DNA from: Camelus dromedarius
Lineage: Eukaryota
DNA: 64,000 bases
NCBI RefSeq assembly: GCF_036321535.1
Contig: NC_087437.1
Span: 26,848,001-26,912,000 of the forward strand
Direction of reading: 5' to 3'
Positions 27,513-41,185 of the stretch are shown piece by piece (the first letter of the stretch is position 1; each line of letters begins with the position of its first letter). The notes beneath the pieces were generated by a model, which saw nothing but the letters and a program-made list of their open reading frames with translations, did no database searches and was not told the DNA's origin. The translations under genes were made by a program, and so were the position numbers.

Positions 27513-28842
27513 ATAGGTGTTTTAAAAAAAATTCCTCAATGTGAGAATATTGGTTCTGATTTTAAAGCGTTCTATTCTACAACTTCCTATTTAAGAGTAG
27601 GGACAATATTCTTCTCTACACTAAAGAAAGGGTGCAGAGTAGTGAGAAGAAAAGAAAATGCAGAGAAACTTTAAAGTAAAAAACCATACCTAATAAAATA
27701 ACAGTGAGGTTCTCTCAGAAAAGGATGATTTCCATTTCCATATCCCAGGTTCTAATGTATTACATCTTAAACTGCTCCAATTTCGACAGACTTTATTTCC
27801 ATTTAACCCCCAACACTCGTCGTGTTAGATTAATAAAATTATCTAATGATTATTTCAAATTGCAATCATGGTTGTTTTATATGTCAAAATAATTAATTCT
27901 GGCTACTTAAAGCTTTTCTGTTTAATCAAGTTTCTCTCTCAATTGGGAAGGGAAAAAAAAAAAAACCTGACCTTAAAAAAAAAAAAAAAAGACATTTTCT
28001 ATCTCTGAGGAACTGACTTCATCAAATTATCCTGGAGGGAAAAGCAAGGACAAAAATGTGAACTACAGGCAGCTGGAAAGCAAAATTGTATACAATGAAT
28101 GGCACACCAAATCCTGCAGGGAAATATGCACCACAATACATTATTTCCTGTGGCTTCCTGCCCAAGGAACACTGAAGAACAGTAAAAATTCTTCCAGAAA
28201 TTATTTCCTCAGCTGTCTCATTGATGGATTTAGCATAGGTATTCGGTCAAAATATTAAATTATTGTCGAATCCAAACATGTATATTTACCGGTGTTTACA
28301 AATCTAATCACAAGGGCCACTTGGTTCCTTAAAATGAAGGTTAAAAGAAACTTGAACTGGTTTCCATTTTATCACAAGCCTGGAATGCTGAAAATGCTGT
28401 GGCAAAGCCATCAATTCATTCATCTGAGTGAAAAGTCTATAAAATCACAGGACTTAATTTTTCCATCCTTAAACTTCACCATTGTACCAATTCCACAAAA
28501 GTTATATAGCATGATCGTATACTGCTAGAAGTAAAATTAATTGTCTTCTGCAGGATGCTTAAAATCAAATGGGCAATCTAAGTTTATCTTATGATGTTTA
28601 AAGAGACTAAAACGAGCTGGTTCCACAAATAGCTTCCTTGATAAATTCTGGGAAGTCACGAGAGGACTGTTTGGTGGTAGTGCATACCTACTGCAGATGG
28701 CATTGTGCATTAGACTGGCCACAGGAAATATTTATTTAACTAGGGAGAGTTTGTCACCACACACTCCAATTAGGACAGATAATAATATCAATAATTAATA
28801 TCTTTTTATATGACATAGTGCTTTGCCTTCAAAATGACTTCT

Positions 28843-29005
28843 AGCTATGTAGCCCAGGGAACTATGTTCAGTATCTTGTAATAACTTTTAATGAAAAAAA
28901 ATATGAAAACGAATACATGTATGTATATGCATGACTGTGATATTGTGCTGTATGCCAGAAATTGACACATTGTAACCAACGGTACTTCAATTAAAAAAAA
29001 AATTT
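28843..29005 (+). mobile_element. Short cetartiodactyl-type L1 3' end with TSD
   Basis: GTAGCCCAGGGAACTATGTTCAGTATCTTGTAATAAC...ACTTCAATT-polyA. TSD ATGACTTCT at 28834-28842 and 29006-29014. Confidence 0.82.
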
Positions 29006-29039
29006 ATGACTTCTCATTATTTATCATCCCCTACTTGAC

Positions 29040-29660
29040 ATGCTAGTTGTCACAGTTTGGGAACCCCATAGCTGTTACTTGGACTACTAACTAGTCTCTC
29101 ACCTCACTCTAGCCCATCCTCCCTGTCAGCAGTGTTTTCTTAACAATCCATCTTGGAGCCTGTCACTCCTGTTACTTATCTATGGGATGTTCCACCTCTT
29201 GTTTCTCACCTCCATCACACTCCCATATTTACTCCTTACCCCAGCTACATGGAGCCTCATGCCCTCCCCAAAATAGACTGCTTGGTTCTCAACTCTACTC
29301 CTTTACCATATACCATTCCTCTGTCATCCTTTACAAATGTTCTCAATGTCCCCTTTGTCAGACTGGCAAACTCTCACAAGGCTTTTAAGACCAAGCCAAA
29401 ACTTCACCTCATCTGTGGAAGCCTTTCTGAAAAGCCCCAGGGTTAGTCTTACTAGTTTCTGTGCTGTCTTACCCTTTGTACAGTTTTATTGTCATCTTAT
29501 CATCACTGCCCATTTCCAAATCTAGGTTCCTCTCCCTCCACCATCATCCCTAAATAGAAAAAGAGATCCTTGGTCCAGCTACTCTGTCACAGTCATCTGG
29601 TATCCCCAGAGTGCAGCAAGTGCTCAATCCAAGGAACCAATGAATTCAACTGATGAATGA
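29040..29660 (+). mobile_element. L2 3' fragment
   Basis: CTGGCAAACTC..GGCTTTTAAGACC..CACCTCATCTGTGGAAGCCTTTCTGA, ending GTGCTCAAT...GAATGATTGAA. Confidence 0.65.
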
Positions 29661-29809
29661 TTGAAAGGATTTTTTTGCTCCTGTGTGAGGCAGAGAAAAT
29701 GGAATCATACAAATCAGGAAATCAACGCTCTTTCACCTAGATCAAAGGTGAGAAATCTATTTCACTGTAAGCCAGTTTGGTAAAAATTAAAATGGTTACT
29801 GGCTGCATC

Positions 29810-29895
29810 TTTAAAAATATATATATATATAAAATATATATATAAAATATATTTTATTTATATATATATAAAATAAAAATATATAATATTTTTAT
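29810..29895. repeat. AT-only low-complexity (TA)n/TAAAA region, quasi-palindromic
   Basis: About 85 bp of A/T only. Confidence 0.85.
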
Positions 29896-30297
29896 TGAAT
29901 GAAAGAACTTCAGTGTGAAAATAGGTACTCCTGTCATAAGCAGTGAACTGTTAATATCTGTTCATGGCAGATTTGAGAGGCAGCAACATAAAGATGGGTT
30001 TTTTGCTTTTGTTTTTTTTTAATTTTTCAAATGGAAAATCCATTTCCGGCAGAATCACAAAGCCAAGTAAGTAGCAAGTTGCTCTTCATCAACCAGGATC
30101 ATTTATTCTTGGCATCTAGATTAGGGAGGACCACAGGACCACATTAGGAAGACTTTTCTACAGAGCCTGACTTTTCTTTGCCATTCTCTCTCTGAAAAGG
30201 GTCTCTTCAGTCTCTCTTCCAAAGTAGATTCTTCTCCGCCCTCCAACCCCTCTTCCTTTGTGAGCCAGGTGCTAGAGTTTATACTTAGCAAGGCACC

Positions 30298-30324
30298 AAA
30301 AAAAAAAAAAAAAAAAAAAAAAAA
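30298..30324 (+). repeat. Poly(A) tract, 27 nt
   Basis: Direct reading. No attached retroelement body recognised. Confidence 0.9.
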
Positions 30325-30799
30325 TTGCTCCTTAGCAGGCTCACGTAAGTAATAACCTAAAGGAAATACCTGTGTCTATGAATAGTTGTTTACAAACTGT
30401 GATTCATGGGGTCTCAAGGGGTTATGTAGCAATTTGGGAGACTGGTTGGATGGGACATGTTTTGACTATTTCGTCACTGACAGGCCTTGAGTTTTCTGAA
30501 GTCTTCTTACAGTACTAGGCCACAGGTAACACATAAACTCTCAAGTTGTATCTACAGGACATCAAAATAGCTATCTAATTTGAGCAAATCAGTTATTTAT
30601 AAAGCATATTCATTTAAAATGAGAGAACTGGTTGTTTTGCATCATGAAAGAGGTAAAACAAACATATATAGATATATTTTTTGAATTCTATACCTGATTG
30701 TATTAGAGTTGAATGGAAGCCATCATAGTATGATTCAAATTATTATTGCCTTGAACCTGTGAGAAGATGACTACCTCCAAGGGAAAGAATTGATATGTT

Positions 30800-31010
30800 T
30801 TGAGTATCTGCCAAGTGCTTTACAAACAGTCTCACTTAATCACTCAGCACTGCTATGAGGTGGGGATCACATAGCCCCATTTTACAGATGAGGACATTAC
30901 AGTTCAGAGAGGTTAGACAACTTTTCTGACGTCACATAAACAACATATGATTGAGCTGGAGTTGACCTTAGGTCTGTGTGTCTACCAAGCCAGTGCTCTG
31001 TCCTTCACAC
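30800..31010 (-). mobile_element. MIR
   Basis: CCCCATTTTACAGATGAGGACA...CAGAGAGGTTAGACAACTT...GTCACA core. Confidence 0.8.
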
Positions 31011-31294
31011 CACACCCAGAAGATGAGCCAGGGCAATGCCACTCGGGCCTTACTCCATCACTGCATGTAAGCCATGCCAGACTGTTCAAGTCCCACACAG
31101 CTCCAAGAAAGGGAATGCCTCGTTTGTTTAGAAACTCCTATAGATCAACCCTTCCTGGCACACAGCATTAACCAAAATCTTGACTTCAAAAATACAACAA
31201 GCAGTTAGTCACTGTTCCAGGAAAAGACCAGTTTCCCCACATTTGGATATTATTAGGTCATCTCTTAACTATATTTTTCTGTGGTTAATTTGAT

Positions 31295-32190
31295 TTCTTT
31301 TTTTGCTTGTTTGTTTTAATCAAAGTGATACAGGCACATATTTTAAAGAATCCAATTTATATGGTTTGTCGTGAAAAACAGTAGTCCCTTGTACCTCCTA
31401 TCAGCACCATTCTCCCTACTCCAAAGGCAACCATATTCAACATTTTTAGCTATTTTGTTTTGTTGGTTTGATTAATTGGTTGACTGAGGTCTTTGGCATT
31501 TACTTCTACAACTTTAAGTATACTTTATTTGCCTATCCTGCTAATTTGATTTTTTTGAAGTGTAGGCATTTTCCATTGACTTCTTACTGTGCAATATAAG
31601 GACATAGCTTTCTTCACGACCCTTCCCCTCCCCCCATCACACGCATCCCCCCCTCCTCATCTCTTCATCCACTCAATATCATTAGATCATAATTTTGGTT
31701 AGATTGATACTTAGTGTTTATGTTAAAGCCAGTACGTAAGTGTTATTTATAGGTAAGCTCTGTCATTTATATACTATAATTCTTTTTCCTTTCTTTCTGG
31801 CTCAAACTTGTTTCCTTGGAGTTGGTTTTTATTTGTTTTGTCAAATATTCTGGGTACTATCAAAAACTGAACCCCAAACTCCCCATCAATTTGTTCAAGC
31901 TTTTTCTGAAAATGATCAAACGCATTAGAGATTCTTTCATTTTCACCTTCTTCAAGAACTCTCTCCTCGAACCTTGTAACATGCATCAATGAGATGGATG
32001 GTCCCGGACACCAGGTGCACACTTGCCACCCAGGTTCTCCCTTTCCTGTCTCCTGGGAACTCCCTTTGCCTGGATCTTGGCTCCACTGTCTTCCTCTGTC
32101 TTGCTTCATCCCCTCATTTGGGTGGAGCACATCTGGAGTAGCTTCTGAGAATGGATGGAAGAGCAGTAAACATTTTGGGGAACTTACATG
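31295..32190 (-). mobile_element. Ancient L1/HAL1-like fragment
   Basis: CCAAAGGCAACCATATTCAACATTTTTAGC and CATTTGGGTGGAGCACATC..AGTAGCTTCTGAGAATGG resemble very old L1-class remnants. Family uncertain. Confidence 0.45.
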
Positions 32191-35100
32191 ACTAAAATTC
32201 AGCTTGTTTTCTGTTTTCACATTCCCAAATTTCTAACCTTTCATATTTTCTACATCCTCTGAATCTCATACAATTTGTTTTTTAAAAAAGTCTCTTAAAC
32301 TGGCAGGCCCCAGACTGACAGGAGTATTCCAGTGACAGTGTGGAGAATGTAATGCAGAATGACTTTGTGATTCCTGAATCTGGTACTCTAAATTCCTTCT
32401 GCCACAGTTGCATACTGCAGTTATTGTACATCTGTCTTTCCTGACTACATGTGTTCCTATTTAGGATTAACAACTCTCAACTTTGTCAAGGTCATTTTGA
32501 ATTCCGTTCTTATATTCTGGGGTGTTAATAACCCTGTTTCTAAGCATCAGCCATAAACTGAGCTTCATAAATATCATCCAAATTACTAATAAGGCACATA
32601 TAGCACTTCTAGACCCTCAGACTTGCTGCCATCTTGTGCAACAGCTAATTCCGAAAGACTGCAAACTATTAAACAATAGCAAAGCTGGATACATATGACA
32701 TAATCATTTCTTCGTAAAGAAAAGAATACTTTGACTGTTGAGTTTCAAGTTCTGAGTTCTGGGGGATTTATCCTGGTATTTTTGCAAGGGTGTTCAGCTT
32801 CTGCTTTTCAAAGGCAATCTCTTCCCTTATTTAAAAAATGAGGTGGTATATAATTATTTTTCCAGACCTCAAGCATTCATTCTGTTAATACTAAACAGAT
32901 ATAATTAAAGAGGCAGCAAAGCATAGTAAAAGAGCACTCACTTGAAGCACAGTGAGAGGACCAATGCTGCTAACATTTCTCTGTGATCCAGTATTTGTTG
33001 GATGTACTAATAATCCAATAATAATTAATCCACCAAATGTATATTGAGCACCGATTATGTTCCAGGTACTATGGTAGGCACTGGGGCTACAGAGTGAAAA
33101 GGATAGACACGGTCCCAACCTTTGTTAAATAAGACAATAGATACTGAGCAAGTAATAACCAATTGACTATTACAGTAACTTAACCTCTGTGGGACCCAGT
33201 TTCCTCATGAGTAAAACAAAGAAAATAATAATACCACTTCACTAGTTCAAATAAGGTAATACAGTAGAAAAACTCTATTAGCTCTCTTTTTTTCCCAGAC
33301 AAACCATAAGCATCTACTAGCTGTGATTTGCTAGGGGCAGGGAGCATATCTTACTCGTCTCCATAACCTCAGCAAGTAGGCAGTGTTTGTCAAGTTAGCA
33401 GGAAGTCAACATGCGTGTGCTGAGCAAGCGACAACTCCAAAAGAAGATGAACCTGTATTTTCACACAACTGAAAGTCTTTTCATTTTCTTACCAAGACTA
33501 TCCACCCATTTGTGAATATATGAACTTTATGAAATTCGAAAGCACAAGGTAACTGTATTTTATAGTAAAATGTTTCCATTTAGCATGTCACCATCATTAA
33601 GGTATATATGCTAGAATAACTGAAATAATACAGCATTTAAATTTTATCTATGTCACTTCATATAGCAAGGAATTTTCCCTAAATAATTTCTGAGGGTAGG
33701 GTATAATTTGGGGGGTATTTGACAAAATTATTTGAGATTTTAAAAGCACCTAAATAGGACACTCAAAACAAATAAATTACTTTGAATCTCAAAGTGAAAT
33801 GTAAAAAACAAAAAATTTTTTTAATTTCACTCTCAAGCAAAGTTTCAGCCTACAGAAAAAATTTCTAACTTTGCTAAAACACATTCAAATACGTGTTTGA
33901 AATGTCAACTGACCTGCTTCTCAGCAAGCCTTCAGGATTAATGGAGTTTAAATCTTTGGACACTAAAATTTGTATAGCAGACAGAGCAGGTAATTCCTTC
34001 CATGTTGGCTTTATTCCCCCGAAGGGCCTAAGGGATAAACTGATTTCTGTTCTTCTCATGGAACCACACAGCGGAAAGGCTGGAAGGGGGTCTAGGAATT
34101 GTCTAGTTCAGCTGACTTATTTTTCAGAGGAGGGACAATAGAGGCCCAGAGAGGTAAGATGATTTGCCAGTTGCACAGCTGGGACGAGAACCAAAGTCTC
34201 CTCTTCTCTGGGACAGGAAGCAGCGGCAGCCTGCTGAAAACATTGCCTGGTATCCTGGGAATTTGCTTGTCTGCTGTGTGGAGATAGTCTGACCCTGGAG
34301 AGTCTAATTCCAAGACAGTTACAAATACATTCCAGCTAAAGATGTATCTTCATTTTAATCGAAATAGAATGGCAGACCAACACCTCCAGTTGTTTTGTTT
34401 AAGAATAGAAAAATAAAAATCCTTTATCTCATATTATAAAAGCTCTACTCCTTAATATAAGTGAATGGAAAGTCCTCCTGAGAGCCTTATTCAACCACAA
34501 CAGAGGTTCCCAACACATCGGCCTAATTGACTGGTGTACCCCAAAGCTGGTTCATTGCTTCTTTCACTCCTCCTACCCACTTCCTTCCCCACTCAAGAAC
34601 CTCACTGACAGCAACAATTCTCCTCGAATTCATCTATAACAGGTTTTAACCCCTTTCTCTTGGCCTCTCCTTCCACTATCACGAGATCTCAAAACAAAAC
34701 AAAAACCCAGAAAGTAGTTCCTCTTCACAAGTTTGGGAACCTCTAATCTGGTGTTTCATAAATTATAAAATGGAGTCATGGCACAAGCATGGAACTGAGG
34801 AGCGCTCAGATCCAGTGCAAATATGGCTCTGATTCTAAACTCCTGAGGAAGTCTTCAATCTCTCTCAGGCTCAACTTCATCTCTAAACTAGAGGTGATCA
34901 TGCTTACCCCATAGAGTTGTTGTGGAGATTAACTGAAAACATATTTAAATGTCTACCACACTTGTCCGGTACATGGTAAACCCTCATTCTTTTCCATCTC
35001 TCTTTGTGGCTCACATTTTCTTCGTTTTCTAGGAACCCAGCTGAATATGCAAGTATTGTCATTCATTATACAATTCTCCCTACTCGTACATATATTGGAA

Positions 35101-37310
35101 TTTTCCATTATAAAAAAGTTTTTAATAAAACAATTTAACATTTTCTGATGTTAGCAATGTTCAGTAAGCACAAACAATCTTTCAATCATGTGATTTGGGT
35201 AATAATACATTTTAAAAAGAACAATAATTTAGAAGCTAGAGAATATCATGTCATTCAAATTGAGACATCTTATAAATTACCCAATGTTCTTAAGGAGGTT
35301 TTATTCTAATATGTGAACTATATGACAAGGCTATAGTAGTTGACTACCTTAACTATTACCTATGAAATCGTATTCTGATGATGTTTATACATATTTGGAA
35401 AATATTATTTTTATCAAAAATATTACCTATTTCTCCTTTCAGTTTATGTAATTCAGAATAATTATGGGATTAATCACCCCCAAGTTGGGTATCTTTTTCA
35501 AACAAACTGGATTTGTCATCAGTTATCATATATAGCCTGAATGTTATCCAATAACAGATGAAATCATTTATAGTTTGATACATTTAAATAAAACTAGTGA
35601 GTTCATGGGTCAGAATAAATATTTGTTTATATTTTTTAGAAAGTACTATCCTCCACTTCAGAGGCAGTATTTTGCATTTTGTGATAAAAGTTCATGCTTT
35701 TTACTTACGCTATAAAATATAAACATTTTAATTTATGATTCTGTGTGTCACTTGGGACCAATGTGGTTAAATAGGGCCAGCTCACTTGATCTCTCTAAAT
35801 TTCAGTCTCCCAAGTTAGATAAATAAGAATATCTTATATTTATAATGATACTTTTCTTTTAAAGAGTTCGTAAGGTATTGGACTACACTATCATTAATTC
35901 TGAAACACTCCTGTAGACTTAGTTAAGGGCATCTATTAAATGCAGCTTACCAAATGGGAACCACAGGCTGAATGACCTTTCCAAGGTCACACAGATAGAG
36001 GGTTATAAGGGTCAAATGATATGACGTGTGCAAGAGTTTGACAACCACTAAGTGTTACATGAATGCAAGGTACGACCAGAGATATAAACTGATTTGTGAT
36101 GAGTTCTTATAGTTATTGGCTGCTATTCTTAATACTCATTTCCCTTGACTTTCTAGCTAAAACCAAAATTATATTTGCCACCAAAAAAACCTCATAGAAC
36201 ACAGTGAGGAATAAGGAAAAATTGGGACCTATACAGAACTCCTTGGAGATATGGTGCCATGTTATTTTTGTATATATTAATAGTGACCCTGCTATTGAAA
36301 TAGCCTCCGTAATTCATTCACTTATTTATTTTTGAAGAATAAAACAATTAATACACTTCAATTTAGAAAAGAATAAAACGATTAAGTTTGGAATTCTGAC
36401 CAAACTCTAACTAGGGGATTGACTTTCAGTACTTCTGAATCTCTCTTGCTGAATCTACTCAATTTCCTACTTGACTAGAGAATTACTGAGAAATCTTGTA
36501 GTGCATTTTCAGTATTTGCTACATGATGCTCTCCACACAGCTACAGGATATCAGCAAAATTTGTGTGTTGTTCTCCCTTATTCTCAGAACTGTTTCAGAG
36601 TATAATGAGCTGCCTCAAAGGGGTCTGAAGTCTTCTAGTGAAAGGTGTTTAGGACGTGCCAAATACTGTGGTTGCTATGAAAATTATCAGCCAACTAGAA
36701 ACATCAGCTATTTTATGCCAAAAACAGTGTTTTAACAATGATTCATTTTTGGTCATTAGATGATTATTCTGAGTTCTCATTATCTTGAAACTATATTGGC
36801 ACCAAGAAAAAAATAGGTTTACAAATTTAGCTTCTTTTATGTGATGGTTCCATCTCTCATGTACCAACCATAAATTCTTTGCCTCCGGGACTGCAAATGC
36901 TTTAGGATGTAATGGAAAGTTGGTATCACATGGCAAGATATTTGTTCCCATTGCAGAGTGAGGCCAGCTCTGAAATTTAAACCCTAATGAGAACAAGTAT
37001 GTAAATGAGAACAGCCAAACCAAACAGATGAAGAAAACAAAGCCCAAGGAGTCTATTAAAGTCATTTTTTTAAGCCTAGGTAGTCATTAATCCATTGCAT
37101 TTAGACTCTGTGAATTCAAAATAGTCTTTCTTCCCAATAGTTTGTTACTATAATTACATATCTATAAGACCTACATTTTAAAAGATAAGAATTTTCAGCA
37201 CTAGAGTGGTTCTATTTATTATATTTTCCTATGTAAAGGAAATGTTATTTAAACTAGACTATTATACCAAATATTAAGAGCATTTCAATGGGACTTGAAT
37301 TAAATATGAT

Positions 37311-37398
37311 TAACTGAAAAATTGTGCTGAACACTGGAATTTGACACAACATTGTAAAATGATTATAAATCAATAAAAAATGTTAAAAAAAAAAAAAA
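37311..37398 (+). mobile_element. Extremely truncated young L1 3' end
   Basis: Near-identical to the reverse complement of 62520-62600 (...GAACACTGGAATTTGACACAACATTGTAAAATGATTATAAATCAATAAAAAATGTT-polyA). Confidence 0.85.
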
Positions 37399-37754
37399 GA
37401 ATGGCTAATATCAAAGGAATGTGTATTCTTGATCAGAATTTCAATCTTATACTTTCTATAGAATACTGAAGAAGATGTATTCTCAAGGACTTTTGCGTAT
37501 GATCCAATATACAGCTTGCATAATTTCTGACATTTTTGCAAAAAATAAAATTGCTTCAATAAAAAGGTTTTTCAGAATTTTGTCTAATAATTAAAATAAT
37601 TTATTTTCCTTTCTTTTAAAGATACATGTTTAATAAGGACCTGATTTTGCAGGGACTTTCCTTCTACCAATGTTCCATGATTTTAGGCATGTTTACTGCT
37701 TTACTTTCCTAATATTGAATAAAAACATTGTTGGATGTTGTAGAAAGGGAAAAT

Positions 37755-38125
37755 TCATTTATTTTTATAATATCTATTGAGAATCTAATACGTGCCAGAC
37801 TTTATTATAGGTCTTGCAAAAATAAGAATGAATGAGACAGGTGAAAGACCTTGTCCTCCTTGGAACAATCTATTTTAGTGTGGAAAGACAGACAACAAAT
37901 AAAAGAAGTAAACAACATAATATATTAGAAGGTAATAAGTGTGGTAGAGAAAAACAAAGCAAGAAAAAGGAATGGATGTGGGAGGGGCTTGAAGTTTTAA
38001 CTAGTGTAGTTGGAAAGGTGACATTTGAACAAAGATTTGAAGAAGGTAGGGGGAATTAGGCACGCAAATATCTCAGGAAAGAAGAAGCAGGTACAATAAG
38101 TGCAAAGGTCCTGAGGCAGGAGAAG
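37755..38125 (-). mobile_element. L2 3' end
   Basis: TATTGAG...GTGCCAGAC, CCTTGTCCTCCTTGGAAC, GGTGACATTTGAACAAAGATTTGAAG, GTGCAAAGGTCCTGAGGCAGGA. Confidence 0.75.
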
Positions 38126-38577
38126 CATCTTGGGGGAATCAGGCAATAACTAGCATATTTGAAGTGTTACCAAAGCTAAAACAAAAATATTTTGTGAACC
38201 CATTTATATGTTGGCTGTTGCATGCAAAACCAAGACAACAATCTTGTCCTTTGGGAGTCTAGATTTATAAAATCTTAAAATCAAAAATAGTCATCCTCTC
38301 ATTCAACTTCCTTACTTTACATATAAAGAATATGAGACCCAGAGAAAGTACCACCTGTGCAAGGACACATAACTAGATAGAATGCTGCAGAGTCTACAAT
38401 AGAACAAAGGTTTCCTGACACCCCAATTTCTTTCAACTTTACTTCTCATATTTTAATTATTTTTGTTTTTTATGTCCTTTTAATTCCTTTTTAGTTTCAT
38501 AAATTTGTTAAAATGTCTCAGCATTAATTTGATTCAACTGAAAAAGTACTAGTCATTCTTAAAGTTATCTTTTTAAA

Positions 38578-38726
38578 AAAAATTTTATTGAAGTGTAGTT
38601 GATTTACAATGTTAGTTTCCAGTGTGTAGCAAAGTGATTCAGTTATAATATACATTTTTTTTTCTTTTCAGATTCTTTTCCATGATATGTTATTACAAGA
38701 AATTGAATATAGTTCCCTGTGCTATA
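38578..38726 (-). mobile_element. Short cetartiodactyl-type L1 3' end
   Basis: TTTATTGAAGTGTAGTTGATTTACAATGT...GAATATAGTTCCCTGTGCTATA, the reverse complement of the family at 28843-29005. Confidence 0.78.
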
Positions 38727-40724
38727 ATGTCATCTTTTGATGCCATTCAAATATATACTGTCCCTGAGGGACAATTTATCTCTGGACAGCAATTATAAAG
38801 TATCATCCATCACATAATTAAAATTGTAGTCTTGTCTGTTGTTATACCTTTACAACATTACTTTTGGTTTAGGTGGTGTGTGAGTATATTTTTTTATATA
38901 ATAGTAATGCATACAGGTAAAAATTACATGTGATCACTGCAGAAAATTTGGAAATTTTAAAAATTAAGGCAAAAAAAGCCTCTAATCTCATCATCCAGAG
39001 ATAGCCACTATTTAAATGCTGATATATTTTCCCCCAAATTCTTATCCTATGCATATATATAAGTAATCTTCTCCCAAAGATGAGATACAGTATTGTTCAA
39101 TGTCTTTTAGCTTAATATTCTACCATATTTAACATTTTTTAAATATAAAATGATGGCAAATATTCATCTTTAAAATGGTTTTGATTTTTGAAAACATAAG
39201 TCAACTAGAAGTAAAGTACATTAATAGGGTAGGCTACGAAATATGAGTGGTATTTTTCTACCCATAACAAAGTGCTATTGAAAGTGATTTGATCAATATT
39301 CATAAGCTTCATAATTAAGTTATAAAATAATTTAGAGGTCTTAGAATGATATTAACAAAAATGCCACAATGAGACATGTAAAACTCTTACAGAATTTGCA
39401 CAACAATCTTAGCATGCTACCCTTTTCTTTTTCAAGTCTTAATGCTTTGTAATCATACTTTCTAGAACACCAAATTCTTCTTTTTTTTTTTTTTTTTGTA
39501 TTATTATTTTTTTGGCAGGGGAAAGCAATTAAAACAACAAATTCTATATGAGATGATGGATGTTTGCTAAACTTGTGGTAATCATTTCATGACATAAGTG
39601 AATCAAATCATGCTATACACTTTAACTTTAAAAAATAAAACAAAACAAAAAATGCCATCAAATAATAAACAACATACTTCAAAAGTACTGGATAAGGTAA
39701 GTAAACTTTCTTTTCCTTTCTGTTTGGAATTTATAACAGTCCATTCACATATGCATAGAAGCCTATGGTACAAAACATCTAGGTATTTCTTCTCCTGTGT
39801 AAAACTAGGAAGATAGATGAAATTTGTGTGCCCCAGAGAAAGGAATAATGGCCTATGCATCTATGTCTATTGAAGCTCTCAGACATGATAGTCCTGCTTT
39901 GGAGTTTACCATGGTAAGAACTAATTTAACCTTTGTACACAAAGACCTGGAATTGGGAGAAGATAAAGGAGTGAAGGAAGTGGCCAGGCCAGTTGTCTCC
40001 ACCAGTGCACCAGAGTGTAACCTCATTAAAGAATGCTATCTTAGCATTCTCTTGCTAACAAAGAAATAGCCCATGAAACAGAGTAGAAGTCCCTTATAAG
40101 GAAATAAGAAGTAGTAATCTCTAGAAGAAAGTTAACCCACCAATACCAAAATCTATAGCCTTGCCTCCTACCTCTTCCATCAAGCTTCTTCCTTATGGCT
40201 CTTCTATGACTGACTGAATGCTTCAAAGCATCCCTAGATTTATCTATGTCTATTTTTATCTTATTGGAAAAATGAGGCTCACCCCTGAGTCTCCCTAAAA
40301 TTAGTTCTACTTGTTAGAAGTTCTCCTTGTCAGGTGGTTCTGTCACATTTATCTAATAATTACATTTAAACAAAATGGGTTTTTTCACTGTTTTTCAGAG
40401 TTGGCTTTTTTTTTTTAAGTGGGGCATTTCAAGTTCTTCTTGAGTAGTCAAAATCACTGCCACTAAGTTAGCTAGGGTTTCATTGAGAAAAAGATTTCTC
40501 TTACAGGTATTAATCAATTGTTTTGCTTTATATAAAGGTATTAAATCTCTGTATGAGAAATGTCATGGAGATTGTTAGCTATCTCTACCATTTTGGTACG
40601 ATGCAATATTATAGCCCAATAGAAAGAAACTTAGCTTTGACTATACTATGAGAACTTTAGATCTGTCTAAACATAACACACAACATATTCTAAACTATGA
40701 GAGGTTAAGAAAACAAAAAGGTTT

Positions 40725-41185
40725 CTTCTTAAATGTAAATCAGATCATGTTAATCCTCTGCTTATAACCCTCCTGTGGCTTCCCTTCACATTAAAAAAAA
40801 AAAAAATACAAATGTTTTTACTTGGCCTCTGCTCCTCAGATGCCCGTATCTCCCTCCCCACCACAGCCTGGTTTTTACCTCAGGGCCATTGTCTGCACCT
40901 ATCTTTCTTCCTTAAACTCTAGCTACTGACAGCGAGTTTGCCGCAAAGAGCCTTTCCTCAGGCGCCCTTGCCCTGACCTTCCATTATTGTTTTGTTTCTC
41001 CTTAACACTTATGAGTATCTGAAATTACAAACATTTTGAAAATTTGGTATCTGTCCCCCTACCAAAATATAAGACCTACTAGAACAGGGGCTTACCTTAG
41101 CTTGTCTAGTTCATAACTGTTTTCCTCAAGTCTAGCAAAGAGGCCAGCACATTGTAGATTTCTAAATATATTTGAATGAAGGAAC
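40725..41185 (+). mobile_element. L2 3' end
   Basis: TGTAAATCAGATCATGTTAATCCTCTGCTTATAACCCTCCTGTGGCTTCCC ... CCAGCACATTGTAG...ATATTTGAATGAA. Confidence 0.75.
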